DNA from: a virus
DNA: 64,000 nucleotides
Strand: one strand, 5' to 3'
IMG/VR virus record: IMGVR_UViG_3300042914_002167
Shown piece by piece: positions 29,651 through 39,284 of this stretch (position 1 is its first letter; the number at the start of each line of letters is the position of its first letter). The notes beneath the pieces were generated by a model. That model had not been told where the DNA came from, searched no databases, and saw only the letters and a list, made by a program, of their open reading frames with translations. The position numbers were made by a program, and so were the translations under genes.

Positions 29651-30223
29651 ATGAACTTATCAAAAACACAAGACATAATCACCTCTGAAGTTGTAAGAGG
29701 CAGCAGTTACTCCGATGTAATGGAAGTATCTGGTCATTTTCATATTGAATGTTTTGACAGTGAAGGAAAATTGAAATGGGAAGATAGTTTCAATAACCTA
29801 GTCACAACACAAGGAAGAAATCACCTTTTGGATCACGGGCTTGAAGGACCTGCGACAGCGGTAAACACTCGTATGTCATACATCACATCAGGAACACCTG
29901 TTTCTGGTGACACATATGCAACCCATGCTGGTTTCACCGAATTAGGATCAAGCGTAATTGCTGCAAGAGCAACTCCATCTTTCTCAGCAGCATCTTCTGG
30001 TGTAAAGTCCACATCAGCGGCAGTTTCATCATCAATCATCGGCACAGGAACTGTGACTGGTGTTGCAATCAATCTGATTGTTGGTTCAGTTGGTAACTTG
30101 GGTGTTGTTGCAGATACAGCAACTTCAGGTGGAATTCTATACAGCGCAGGTTTGTTCGGAACATCAAAATCCGTATCTAACGGCGACACATTGAACGTGA
30201 CTTACTCTACTACATTGACATAA
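29651..30223 (+). CDS. Putative virion structural protein
   Basis: AGGAG SD before ATG 29651; KWED..NLVT..G and GDTLNVTY motifs seen in phage fibre N-terminal/baseplate domains. Confidence 0.65.
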   Translation: MNLSKTQDIITSEVVRGSSYSDVMEVSGHFHIECFDSEGKLKWEDSFNNLVTTQGRNHLLDHGLEGPATAVNTRMSYITSGTPVSGDTYATHAGFTELGSSVIAARATPSFSAASSGVKSTSAAVSSSIIGTGTVTGVAINLIVGSVGNLGVVADTATSGGILYSAGLFGTSKSVSNGDTLNVTYSTTLT

Positions 30224-30260
30224 ATAACTATGTTCTTATTAATAATGTGGAGTATAAAAC

Positions 30261-30713
30261 ATGGCAGATAACGTAGGTTATACACCGGGTAGTGGTGCAG
30301 TTGTCGCCGCTGATGATATCAACGGCGTTTTGTATCAACGAATGAAACTTAGCGTTGGTGATGATGGTATTGCGACTGATGTTTCTTCGGTAAATCCGAT
30401 ACCAACCATAGCAAGTCGCAGCGATGACTTATTAGTAATGTTGAGCCGCATTGTCAAATTACTGGAAAGTAATGCAACGGTTGACTCTGCACAACGTCAG
30501 CGTGTAGCCGTTGACGCTGTTACCGCTGCACCGCTAAGCGTTTCGGGCACCGGCGCAGGCGGAACTGCGCTGAGAGTCGTCCTATCTAACGATAGTAATT
30601 TATCATCAGTTTCTAACTTGGTGTCAAATGCTGGTATGGATCGCGAACAGTACATCAACATTGCAAAACAGACGTACATTCAAGGCATACGTTCTGGTTT
30701 AACTTTCCAGTGA
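30261..30713 (+). CDS. Hypothetical virion protein
   Basis: GGAG SD; CATAAATA late variant at 30219-26. Confidence 0.65.
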   Translation: MADNVGYTPGSGAVVAADDINGVLYQRMKLSVGDDGIATDVSSVNPIPTIASRSDDLLVMLSRIVKLLESNATVDSAQRQRVAVDAVTAAPLSVSGTGAGGTALRVVLSNDSNLSSVSNLVSNAGMDREQYINIAKQTYIQGIRSGLTFQ

Positions 30714-30721
30714 GGTAATAA

Positions 30722-33364
30722 ATGCCTGCTTTAACAAAAAATACACTTTCGTACCAAGTCGATCTGCCTTCATGGGAGTGGACTCGCTTTGCGCCAGCTG
30801 TTTCTAGTGCATTGAGTTCTACTTGTGCGCCCGACAACATGGGTTTCTTGCAAACTGAACACGGTCGATATATCTACTACCTGATCTCTGCAACTCAATT
30901 TGTACGATACGACACTTGGACAGATATGTTCCAAGGGTTAACTGCTCCGGCTGTAGCTGGTTTTAACGTAAGCACAATGAAGTTTGTTGGAGCATATGGA
31001 CCCGAAGGTAAGACCATCGCCGCTACTTCAACTACAATCACAGTCCCAGCCATTTCTATGTCTTCTATGTTAGGCTATGATATTGTTATTGTCAGTGGTA
31101 CAGGCGCAGGACAACGCAGAAAGATTACTGCTGTTGCAGAACCCACAATCCATGACAGTGGCGTGATTACAGCATTTGCTAACGCACTTGGTGGTATTAC
31201 CATGACTGATACTCTCAAAGCTTGGGGTATCAACCAGTGGGCTGGTCACACTGTGCGTATCTCTGGCAACAGTGGTGTTGGTCAGTACCGCCGTATCTTG
31301 AGTAACACTGCAACGGTGTTGACTATTGGTGATAGTACCCAGATGAACATGCGGTTGAACAACCCTGCGATTTTCACGCCAGCAATCTCAAGCACTGCAG
31401 GATCCCAATCTGCATATGTCATTGAATCACAGGCTTTGACTGTTGATTCAGCCTGGACTGTAACTCCTGACACTACTTCAGTATTTCGCATTCAGTCTGG
31501 TCAGATTGTGTTGATGTCACCTAACGCGGCGACAGCAACTGCTCCTTTCGTATTGACACAGTTGTATGATATCCTAACCGATACTTGGTATGTTTTACCA
31601 ACAATGACCAACACCCTGTTGGCTGCTGTTACCGATTTAGCCCTAGAGCGTATGTCAGAAACCGCTTCTATTTGGGAACGAGGTACGGCAACAGGTGGTA
31701 CAACTACTACACTAATCGATAGTTCACAAGGTGTAGATCGCGCAGCTTGGAGTGTCGATCAATGGGCTGGTTACTGGGTATACATTGAATCTGGAACAGG
31801 TGTTGGTCAGATCCGCCAAGTACTGAGCAACACTTCTACCACCCTGACTTGGGCAACTTCTGGCACAGCTCCTGACGCCACTTCTCGATACTTGATATTG
31901 GGCTTTGATGCAGGTACTGCAACTGCTGCTACTTCTACAACCCTAACCGATAGCACCGAGACTTGGCCTGTAAACCGTTGGGCAAATTACGCTGTGCGTA
32001 TTTTGGCAGGTACTGGTGCGGGTCAAGTGGTGGCCATTGCAAGCAACACTGCTACAGCTTTGACAATTGTTGGTAACTGGGAAGTAACTCCTGACACTAC
32101 GTCTGTGTACGTAATTCAAGGTGACCCAGACAAGTTTTACCTATTCGCTGGTGGTATTGCTGGTACGCCAATCTTAAATTTCAGCTCTCAAGTTCAAACT
32201 TTTGGTCGTCAACAAGATTGGGGTATTGCCAGAAATGCCGCAGCAACTGTGGGTGGATATCAACCAGTCGCAATTGCTTCACTTGCTAATGCAACAACCA
32301 CGGCAACGGTTACAACTGCACATCCTCATCAGTTTAAGGTTGGTGAATTGGTTACGGTCCGCGGCGCAACAGATGCAAACTTTAACGTAACCAACGTTGC
32401 AATTGCTACTGTACCTTCAGCGACTACATTTACTTATACAATGGCAGGAACTCCTGCTGCAACTACAATTCCTGGTACTCAGTCTACTACAACACTCACA
32501 GACGGTTCTAAGAGTTGGACAGTTAACCAGTGGGCAGGCTTTATCTGCTACATGTACGCAGCAACTCCAACCGCTGCATCAGGTTCAACTACAGGTCAAG
32601 TATTGCGAATTATAAGCAACACTGCTACAACCTTAACCTTTGCTGTAGCAGGTACCGCACCAACAAACGGTATCAATCGTTATTCTATCTGTACTAGTTC
32701 AGCAATTGGAGCAACTGACTTTGGTGTTGCCACGGGTACACACAGCACAACAACACTGCAAGATACCAGCAAAACTTGGGCAGTAAACATCCATGCTGGT
32801 AAAAGAGCTCGTATCTTAACAAGTCCTGGCGGTCCCGTTGAAGCGATCATTCTTAGCAATACTGCTAATACCCTAACATTCTCAGCCGCGTTAGGTGCTG
32901 CACCTGTTAGTGCTCAAACAGGTTATGTAATTATCGAACCTACTGTAAGAGGTCTTGGCACTACAGCAAATTGGGCGTTTGGTACTAGTGTTGCAGCCCT
33001 TCGTGGTCGGTACATGTACACTACTCGTGGCGGTGCTAATACTGGTTTTGATCGCTGGGACGTTACCACAGATCGCGTTAGCTTGATGACAACTTCGCCA
33101 CTTACAGAAACATTGACTACTGGTACTATGGCAGCGTATGATGGAAAAGATCGTATCTACTTCCACAAAGACAACACTCAACGTGTTTACAGCTTGAACG
33201 TAGTAACTGCAAACGTTAATGGTGCTTCAATGTATCCGTATGTTGCTCCTACAGCAATCATTGGCAACCGAATGGAGATTATTAGAACAAAAGACGGCTT
33301 GAAGTACATCTGGCTCAACCGAGCATCTTTTGCAGAGTGCTTCCGTTGCTTGGCTTTCTGGTAA
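30722..33364 (+). CDS. Repeat-rich fibre/decoration protein
   Basis: About six repeats of TxTTLTD..W..NQWAG..V.I..GTG.GQ.R.I.SNT.T.LT; Thr/Ala-rich. Confidence 0.7.
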   Translation: MPALTKNTLSYQVDLPSWEWTRFAPAVSSALSSTCAPDNMGFLQTEHGRYIYYLISATQFVRYDTWTDMFQGLTAPAVAGFNVSTMKFVGAYGPEGKTIAATSTTITVPAISMSSMLGYDIVIVSGTGAGQRRKITAVAEPTIHDSGVITAFANALGGITMTDTLKAWGINQWAGHTVRISGNSGVGQYRRILSNTATVLTIGDSTQMNMRLNNPAIFTPAISSTAGSQSAYVIESQALTVDSAWTVTPDTTSVFRIQSGQIVLMSPNAATATAPFVLTQLYDILTDTWYVLPTMTNTLLAAVTDLALERMSETASIWERGTATGGTTTTLIDSSQGVDRAAWSVDQWAGYWVYIESGTGVGQIRQVLSNTSTTLTWATSGTAPDATSRYLILGFDAGTATAATSTTLTDSTETWPVNRWANYAVRILAGTGAGQVVAIASNTATALTIVGNWEVTPDTTSVYVIQGDPDKFYLFAGGIAGTPILNFSSQVQTFGRQQDWGIARNAAATVGGYQPVAIASLANATTTATVTTAHPHQFKVGELVTVRGATDANFNVTNVAIATVPSATTFTYTMAGTPAATTIPGTQSTTTLTDGSKSWTVNQWAGFICYMYAATPTAASGSTTGQVLRIISNTATTLTFAVAGTAPTNGINRYSICTSSAIGATDFGVATGTHSTTTLQDTSKTWAVNIHAGKRARILTSPGGPVEAIILSNTANTLTFSAALGAAPVSAQTGYVIIEPTVRGLGTTANWAFGTSVAALRGRYMYTTRGGANTGFDRWDVTTDRVSLMTTSPLTETLTTGTMAAYDGKDRIYFHKDNTQRVYSLNVVTANVNGASMYPYVAPTAIIGNRMEIIRTKDGLKYIWLNRASFAECFRCLAFW

Positions 33365-33374
33365 AGGAAGTTGT

Positions 33375-33539
33375 ATGTTATTACAAGACATTATACAAAT
33401 CCTTAATAACAGGTTGGAGTCCTTGAAAGCTAAAAAGAACATAGCGATCGCCTCCGGAGAACTAGAACAGGTCACTCAGTTAGATTCAGAAATTGCCGAA
33501 ACTATGGTAACATTAAATCAACTCAAAACGTTGGTTTAA
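33375..33539 (+). CDS. Small helical protein (possible chaperone of upstream fibre)
   Basis: AAGGA SD; MLLQDIIQILNNRLESLK... Confidence 0.6.
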   Translation: MLLQDIIQILNNRLESLKAKKNIAIASGELEQVTQLDSEIAETMVTLNQLKTLV

Positions 33540-33610
33540 GGTGAGTTAACCCCTTGTTGCAGTATTCTAAGATACAGGTAATAGTGTAACCACCCAATTA
33601 GGAATAATCT

Positions 33611-35473
33611 ATGTCACTATTAACCCTGTTGAGTTCTGCCGGCGAGGCGGGGATAGTAGTAGGCAATGTATCTGAGATCAGTTTAGCGACTTCTGATTCC
33701 AGTGTCGCTAATGTTGTATTTGTAAGCACACTAAGTGAACCAAGTTTAGCGACTTCTGATTCCAGTGTCGCTAATGTTGTATTTGACATCAGTTCAAGTG
33801 AACAGGAACTATCAGCAACTGCTACTGAGTCAGCTAATGCTGAATTCGTAAGCACCCTAAGTGAAACGACATCAACATCAGAGACCGAATCTGCTGATGT
33901 AACATCAACTCTGAATGTATCGGAATCTACATCTACATCAGAGACCGAATCCGCGAATGCTGTATTTGCTGTAACTCTATCTGAAGATTCTGTTGCGACA
34001 TCAACAACAGAATCTTTTGATGGTTCTTCATTAGAAACAGTTTCCGAAACAAATTCTATATCATCAACAGAATCTGCTAATGCTGTATTCTTAAGCACGC
34101 TAAGTGAAACGAATTCCACAACATCAACAGAATCAACTAATGCTGAATTCACTTCTACCCTAAGTGAACCAGAACTATCAGCATCATCAACAGAATCTGC
34201 TAATGCTGTATTTGCTGTAACTCTATCTGAAGATTCTGTTGCGACATCAACAACAGAATCTTCTGATGGTTCTTCATTAGAAACAGTTTCCGAAACAAAT
34301 TCTGTAACTGCTACAGAATCTGCTAATGCTGAATTCGTAAGCACGCTAAGTGAACCAGAACTATCAGCAACTGCTTCCGAATCTTCTAATGCTGAATTCG
34401 TAAGCACACTAAGTGAAACAAATTCAACAGCATCTACAGAATCAACTAATGCTGTATTCACTTCTTTCCTAAGTGAAACCGTATCAGCGTCTTCAACTGA
34501 ATCTTCTGGTGGCGTTCAATCAGAAACAGTTTCCGAAACAAATTCTGTCACTTCTACAGAATCTTCTAATGCTGAATTCGTAAGCACACTAAGTGAAACA
34601 AATTCAACAGCATCTACAGAATCAACTAATGCTGAATTCGTAAGTACTCTAAGTGAAACGACTTCAACGGATTCGTCAGAACTTTCTAGCGCAAATGTAG
34701 TATCAAGTCTCAGTGAAACCTCTGTCGCAACATCTGCATCAGAGATTGCCTCAATTTTATCAACAAGAGTATTGAATGAAACATCTGCATCGGTTACAGA
34801 TGTTGCAAATGCTTCTTTTGTGGCACTTGCATCGTCAGATGAATCTAGTGTAATAACTTCAAGTGAAAATTCTACTGTCACCGCAGCATCAAGCGTATCT
34901 GAATCAACATCGTCTACAGAAGTATCGTCAAGTCAATTAACTGCAAACGCAACACTAAATGAAAGCACATCTACATCAGAGTCGATTGTTGCTGATATTT
35001 TCATTGATTTTTCAGAAGTTCCTGTTTCTTCAAGTGATTCAATAACGGCATCTTTAGCATTTAATAGAAGCGTTAGTGAGTCTACAAACGCAACAGATTT
35101 TGTAGATTCCATTGCTGCAAGATTTGGAAAACCAACTCTACCGCTGAACACCGCACATATAATCAGAAGAAATTATCCTAGAAATGTGAGTGTGTTTTTC
35201 AGAGCATCATTTGATCATATATCATCTGTATCTGGGCTGCAGCCAGAGATCAGTATAAGTAAAGAAGGAAGTCCATTCACCACTGTCAATAGAACAGTTA
35301 CAGATTTGGGTGATGGAATATATTCAATCGCACTGTTAGCGTCTGATACTGATACTTTAGGTGAATTGACTATTCTTGCAAAAGATCCATTCAATCTTGC
35401 AGACAACACGGCGATTGCAGCAACCGTGCAAGATGAATATTTGACAAAGGGCGAGTTTCTTGCTTTGAATTAG
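33611..35473 (+). CDS. Ser/Thr/Glu-rich tandem-repeat protein
   Basis: About 20-aa LSETxSxxSTESxNAxFxST repeats; near-exact DNA repeats; globular C-terminal domain. Confidence 0.75.
   Translation: MSLLTLLSSAGEAGIVVGNVSEISLATSDSSVANVVFVSTLSEPSLATSDSSVANVVFDISSSEQELSATATESANAEFVSTLSETTSTSETESADVTSTLNVSESTSTSETESANAVFAVTLSEDSVATSTTESFDGSSLETVSETNSISSTESANAVFLSTLSETNSTTSTESTNAEFTSTLSEPELSASSTESANAVFAVTLSEDSVATSTTESSDGSSLETVSETNSVTATESANAEFVSTLSEPELSATASESSNAEFVSTLSETNSTASTESTNAVFTSFLSETVSASSTESSGGVQSETVSETNSVTSTESSNAEFVSTLSETNSTASTESTNAEFVSTLSETTSTDSSELSSANVVSSLSETSVATSASEIASILSTRVLNETSASVTDVANASFVALASSDESSVITSSENSTVTAASSVSESTSSTEVSSSQLTANATLNESTSTSESIVADIFIDFSEVPVSSSDSITASLAFNRSVSESTNATDFVDSIAARFGKPTLPLNTAHIIRRNYPRNVSVFFRASFDHISSVSGLQPEISISKEGSPFTTVNRTVTDLGDGIYSIALLASDTDTLGELTILAKDPFNLADNTAIAATVQDEYLTKGEFLALN
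33680..34634 (+). repeat. Intragenic direct repeats
   Basis: 43 bp at 33680/33743; 102 bp (1 mismatch) at 33956/34202; 76 bp at 34379/34559. Confidence 0.85.
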
Positions 35474-35480
35474 CAATGTT

Positions 35481-35488
35481 TATAAATA
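35481..35488 (+). promoter_or_regulatory. T4-type late promoter
   Basis: TATAAATA before AAGGAG SD. Confidence 0.8.
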
Positions 35489-35507
35489 GATAAAAAGGAG
35501 ATAAATT

Positions 35508-35732
35508 ATGAGCGATGAACTAAAAAATGCAATTGCGTCAGTTTTTGAAACTGATCCTTCAGCATTCAAGAGTGCAATTTTTGATATTTTGGGAGCAAAA
35601 GTTTCTGACAAACTCCATGCTGCAAAAGTAGATTACGCATCAAGTGTTTTTGATCAATCTGATGATTCAGATGATGAAGAATACGAAGAAAATTCAATTG
35701 AAACAGGGGAAACAACAGATGAAGAAGTTTAG
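35508..35732 (+). CDS. Prohead core protein, gp67-like
   Basis: 74 aa, acidic tail, between portal and protease. Confidence 0.6.
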   Translation: MSDELKNAIASVFETDPSAFKSAIFDILGAKVSDKLHAAKVDYASSVFDQSDDSDDEEYEENSIETGETTDEEV

Positions 35733-37056
35733 TTCTTTCGTTAGTCAACTAGATGAGTTGACTGGCGTTGCACCTAAGTCTAAGGGTGAACACAAGTTCG
35801 TTCACTCAACTTATCTCGCTCAGATCAAAGATCCAGGTGATCTAGAGAAAGTTGGTCCTGAAGAGATTGGTCCTCATGACACGAAAACAGGTTCTGGTAA
35901 GAGACCGGCAGACAGACTAGACAACAAGCAAAAGTTTGGTGAGTCAGTTGACCTAGAAGAGAACTATCGCGTACTTGCACAAAAAGGCATTGGTGCTGAA
36001 AGAAAGCAAGACATCAAGGTTGGTCACGGAGTTGACTATTATCATCCAAAAGATGGGTCTAAGCACATGGGCAAGATTCATGATATGAGTGATAAGGGAT
36101 ATACTGTCAAGGACGACAAGACTGGCGAGAAGCACAAGTTTGATTACTTCAGAAAAGAAGAAGTTGAGCATGTTGAAGAGGGAAGAGGCGCATACGATGA
36201 ACTAGCGAGGCGCATGGGCACTAGCAGCCCCGGATTCAACAAGACTCCTGCTGGCAAAGCTAGAGAACAAAAGCGCAGACAAGAACATCTAAAGGGTCAA
36301 ATGCAGTTCACTCAGAGAATGGGTGGGCTCACTGGTCCTAAGGGTAAGTTGCCAGAAGAAGTTGAACTTGAAGAGGGTTACGAAAAGGTAGTTCTCAACT
36401 TTCTAAAAAATAAAGGCATTGATGCAGATTTCAGGTATGGAAAACTTCATGTTGACAAACGCGACATGCAAAAAGCAAAGTCTGCATTAGCAAAAGCAGA
36501 TTCATTTGATGCGAAAAATTTGCAAATTGTTGCCGAAGAAGTTGAACTAGAAGAAGCCGAAATTCATAAACCAGGAACAAAAGTAAGAGTTCCACACAAC
36601 GGTAAGATGGTTTCTGGTAAAGTCGTAAGACACGATAAGGGTGACAAGCACGGAAGTCCACATTATGTCGTAGATGTGGGTGGCTATCGTTCAGAAAATA
36701 TTCCAGCACACAAAGTTCAAAAAGAAGAAGTTGAACTAGAAGAAGCCGACTTCTCCAAAGCACAGACAACAATGGCACACACAATCGGTAAATACTTCAA
36801 GAAGAAGGGTGTCGGAGACGAATCTAAAGGTGGTCCATTTGCAGTTGCATCAGCAATGGTAAGAGACAAGCCAGCTTCAGCAAAGAAAGCATACACAACA
36901 ATCAAAGCAAAGATGAAGAACGAAGATCATCAAGACATGCTAATGGCACTCTATGATTCTCTAAATGAAGAGAATCAAAGTATGTTTGAGTCTATGATTG
37001 AAACTGATCCAGAAAAACTTCTTGCTTTTGCAGAATCAGTTTTGTCTAAGGAGTAA
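35719..37056 (+). CDS. Putative internal head polyprotein with repeated EEVELEE linkers
   Basis: Start MKKFSSF.. after GGGG SD; five acidic linkers separate basic 55-65 aa modules; head operon. Confidence 0.65.
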   Translation: MKKFSSFVSQLDELTGVAPKSKGEHKFVHSTYLAQIKDPGDLEKVGPEEIGPHDTKTGSGKRPADRLDNKQKFGESVDLEENYRVLAQKGIGAERKQDIKVGHGVDYYHPKDGSKHMGKIHDMSDKGYTVKDDKTGEKHKFDYFRKEEVEHVEEGRGAYDELARRMGTSSPGFNKTPAGKAREQKRRQEHLKGQMQFTQRMGGLTGPKGKLPEEVELEEGYEKVVLNFLKNKGIDADFRYGKLHVDKRDMQKAKSALAKADSFDAKNLQIVAEEVELEEAEIHKPGTKVRVPHNGKMVSGKVVRHDKGDKHGSPHYVVDVGGYRSENIPAHKVQKEEVELEEADFSKAQTTMAHTIGKYFKKKGVGDESKGGPFAVASAMVRDKPASAKKAYTTIKAKMKNEDHQDMLMALYDSLNEENQSMFESMIETDPEKLLAFAESVLSKE

Positions 37057-37058
37057 TC

Positions 37059-37517
37059 ATGCCAGATGCAGTAACGACACAAGTTCTAAAAGATCACGCT
37101 GGTGGATATGCAGTAAAGCTAACTAACATTTCTGATGGTACAGGTGAAAATAATGTCATCAAAGTTGATGCATCTACACTTGTAGCAAACACTGGAGTTG
37201 GAGCAGAGAGACTTTCAATTACAAAATTGTTGTGGTCTGTTGCATCCGGAACATCTTCAACAATGTCACCTAGAGTTGTTCTATCTTGGGCTGGATCATC
37301 AAACACAGTTATCGCAACACTCACTGGTTCTGGATATTGGGATTTATCATCTGGTGCACAAGCTCCATTCATAAATAATGCACCAACACCAACAGGAGAT
37401 ATTCTGTTGTCTACAGCAGGCTTCACTGCAAATGCTGCATACACAGTTGTCATTGAGGGTAAGAAGGGCGCTGGTTTCGCAAGTCGTGAATCCACTGATG
37501 ATGGTATTTCACCATGA
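37059..37517 (+). CDS. Conserved hypothetical head-region protein
   Basis: KLTNISDGTGE..VIKVDAS, TGDILLST motifs; AGGAG SD. Confidence 0.7.
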   Translation: MPDAVTTQVLKDHAGGYAVKLTNISDGTGENNVIKVDASTLVANTGVGAERLSITKLLWSVASGTSSTMSPRVVLSWAGSSNTVIATLTGSGYWDLSSGAQAPFINNAPTPTGDILLSTAGFTANAAYTVVIEGKKGAGFASRESTDDGISP

Positions 37518-37786
37518 TTCGTTTCAAAGAGTTCATTTCTGAAGCTAGAACGGAAAGAGTAAATCGCATCCGTCATGGTAAAATTCAGAAGAGAGTTCTT
37601 GTTAGCAGAGTTCCTGGATACAAAGTAGAAGATGGTAGACTTGTCAAGATGTCATATCAAGAGATAAGACACAGAGAAGTTGCACAGAGAAAAGCTGCTA
37701 GAAAAAGAAAAGCGATGATGAATCAAATCGTCAGAAAAATGAAGATGTCACTGAGAAAAAGAAAAACTGCGGGGTTCAACAAATGA
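37514..37786 (+). CDS. Prohead core protein, gp68-like
   Basis: Very basic, MIRFKEFISE N-terminus, directly before gp21. Confidence 0.65.
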   Translation: MIRFKEFISEARTERVNRIRHGKIQKRVLVSRVPGYKVEDGRLVKMSYQEIRHREVAQRKAARKRKAMMNQIVRKMKMSLRKRKTAGFNK

Positions 37787-38433
37787 AACTAATCACAGAA
37801 CTGGTAGAAGATGTCAAGTATGTAACAGAAGCAACCGAAAATGGAAAGAAAAATCTTTACATTGAGGGCATCTACATGCAGGCTGAGAAACCAAATCGGA
37901 ACGGAAGAATGTATCGCATGGAGACTCTAGAAAGAGAAACAAAGCGTTACAACGAAGAGTATGTTATGAAGGGGCGCGCTTTCGGTGAATTGGGTCATCC
38001 ATCAGGACCAACCATCAATCTAGAAAGAGCATCACACTTGATCAAGTCTCTGAAATCGGAAGGCACGGACTTCTACGGTAGAGCAAAGATTCTAGACACA
38101 CCATACGGAAACATCGTAAAGAACTTGATTGATGAGGGCGCCACACTTGGCGTTTCCACTCGAGGCATGGGAAGTCTAAAAGAGGGCAAAGATGGAGTCA
38201 AGATCGTCGAAGATGATTTCTATCTCGCAACAGCAGCCGATATTGTAGCGGATCCATCAGCACCAGATGCATTCGTTCGCGGCATCATGGAAAGCAAAGA
38301 GTGGGTTTGGGATAACGGTGTCATTCGCGAAATGGACATCAATACATACAAGAATGCTATCAAGAAAGCGTCAAGTAAAGAATTGACTGAAATGAAACTA
38401 AAAGTTTTCAAAGATTTCCTAGGAAAACTTTGA
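37783..38433 (+). CDS. gp21: Prohead protease gp21
   Basis: NRNGRMY, GELGHP, LGVSTRGMGS, DIVADPSAPDAFV. Confidence 0.97.
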   Translation: MKLITELVEDVKYVTEATENGKKNLYIEGIYMQAEKPNRNGRMYRMETLERETKRYNEEYVMKGRAFGELGHPSGPTINLERASHLIKSLKSEGTDFYGRAKILDTPYGNIVKNLIDEGATLGVSTRGMGSLKEGKDGVKIVEDDFYLATAADIVADPSAPDAFVRGIMESKEWVWDNGVIREMDINTYKNAIKKASSKELTEMKLKVFKDFLGKL

Positions 38434-38455
38434 TGAAAGTAGCAAAACATCATTT

Positions 38456-38463
38456 TATAAATA
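38456..38463 (+). promoter_or_regulatory. T4-type late promoter
   Basis: TATAAATA before gp22. Confidence 0.8.
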
Positions 38464-38499
38464 CATAAATGATTGATTCAAATACAAAGGAGAATTCTT

Positions 38500-39234
38500 A
38501 TGGGAATCGAAACTAAAGAACACATTGATGCTCTATTCAGCGGAGAAGAACTATCAGAACAATTCAAAGATCAGGCGAAAGCAATCTTTGAAGCGGCTGT
38601 TCAATCTAAAGTAGAAGAGCACAAGACACAACTAGAAGAAGAGATGGAAGGGCTTCTTGAGCAAAAAACTCTAGAAATCACTGAAACTCTTGTTTCAAAG
38701 ATTGACGACTATCTTGACTATGTTGTGACTGAATGGATGGAAGAAAATAAAGTTGCAATCGAAACTGGTCTAAAAGCTGAAATGGCAGAAGACTTTATGG
38801 TTGGTCTGAAGAATCTATTCACAGAACACTATATCACTATTCCTGAAGATAAAGTTGATATTGTTGAAGGTATGGCTGAAAAAGTCGAATCGCTACAGCA
38901 AGACTTGGATTCAGCGATCACAGAAAGAGCAGAATTGATTGATCAGCTAAACACATACAAGAAGCAACAAATTGCATTTGAAGTTTCAGAAGACCTTTCT
39001 GAAGTTCAGATGGCAAAATTGCAATCGCTGGCAGAACACATTGAGTTTGTGTCTGAGGGTGATTACAAAGAAAAACTTCTTTTGACAAAGAAGAAGTATT
39101 TTGAGTCTAAGGAATCCGAAGACTCGGTGATCGATTCACAAAGTAGTCTTGATTCCGAAGAATCTCTGGACGAATCATTCTCACCAGTAATGAGCCGTTA
39201 TGTACAGAGCATTTCAAGAAATGTGAAAAAGTAA
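38500..39234 (+). CDS. gp22: Prohead scaffold gp22
   Basis: LSEQFKDQAKAIFEAAV, YLDYVVTEWMEEN, GLKNLFTEHYI; AAGGAG SD. Confidence 0.93.
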   Translation: MGIETKEHIDALFSGEELSEQFKDQAKAIFEAAVQSKVEEHKTQLEEEMEGLLEQKTLEITETLVSKIDDYLDYVVTEWMEENKVAIETGLKAEMAEDFMVGLKNLFTEHYITIPEDKVDIVEGMAEKVESLQQDLDSAITERAELIDQLNTYKKQQIAFEVSEDLSEVQMAKLQSLAEHIEFVSEGDYKEKLLLTKKKYFESKESEDSVIDSQSSLDSEESLDESFSPVMSRYVQSISRNVKK

Positions 39235-39239
39235 ATTTT

Positions 39240-39247
39240 TATAAATA
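39240..39247 (+). promoter_or_regulatory. T4-type late promoter
   Basis: TATAAATA before gp23. Confidence 0.85.
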
Positions 39248-39284
39248 ACATCAGAGTTTTACAAATACTCAAAGGAGAAAACTT

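Noticed and set aside
33680-34634. Direct repeats as a possible CRISPR array
   Set aside because: In-frame coding repeats of unequal length with no unique spacers and no cas genes
33598-35409. Long minus-strand ORFs (287 aa, 121 aa and others)
   Set aside because: Shadows of the repetitive Ser/Thr-rich + strand gene; no SD or promoter
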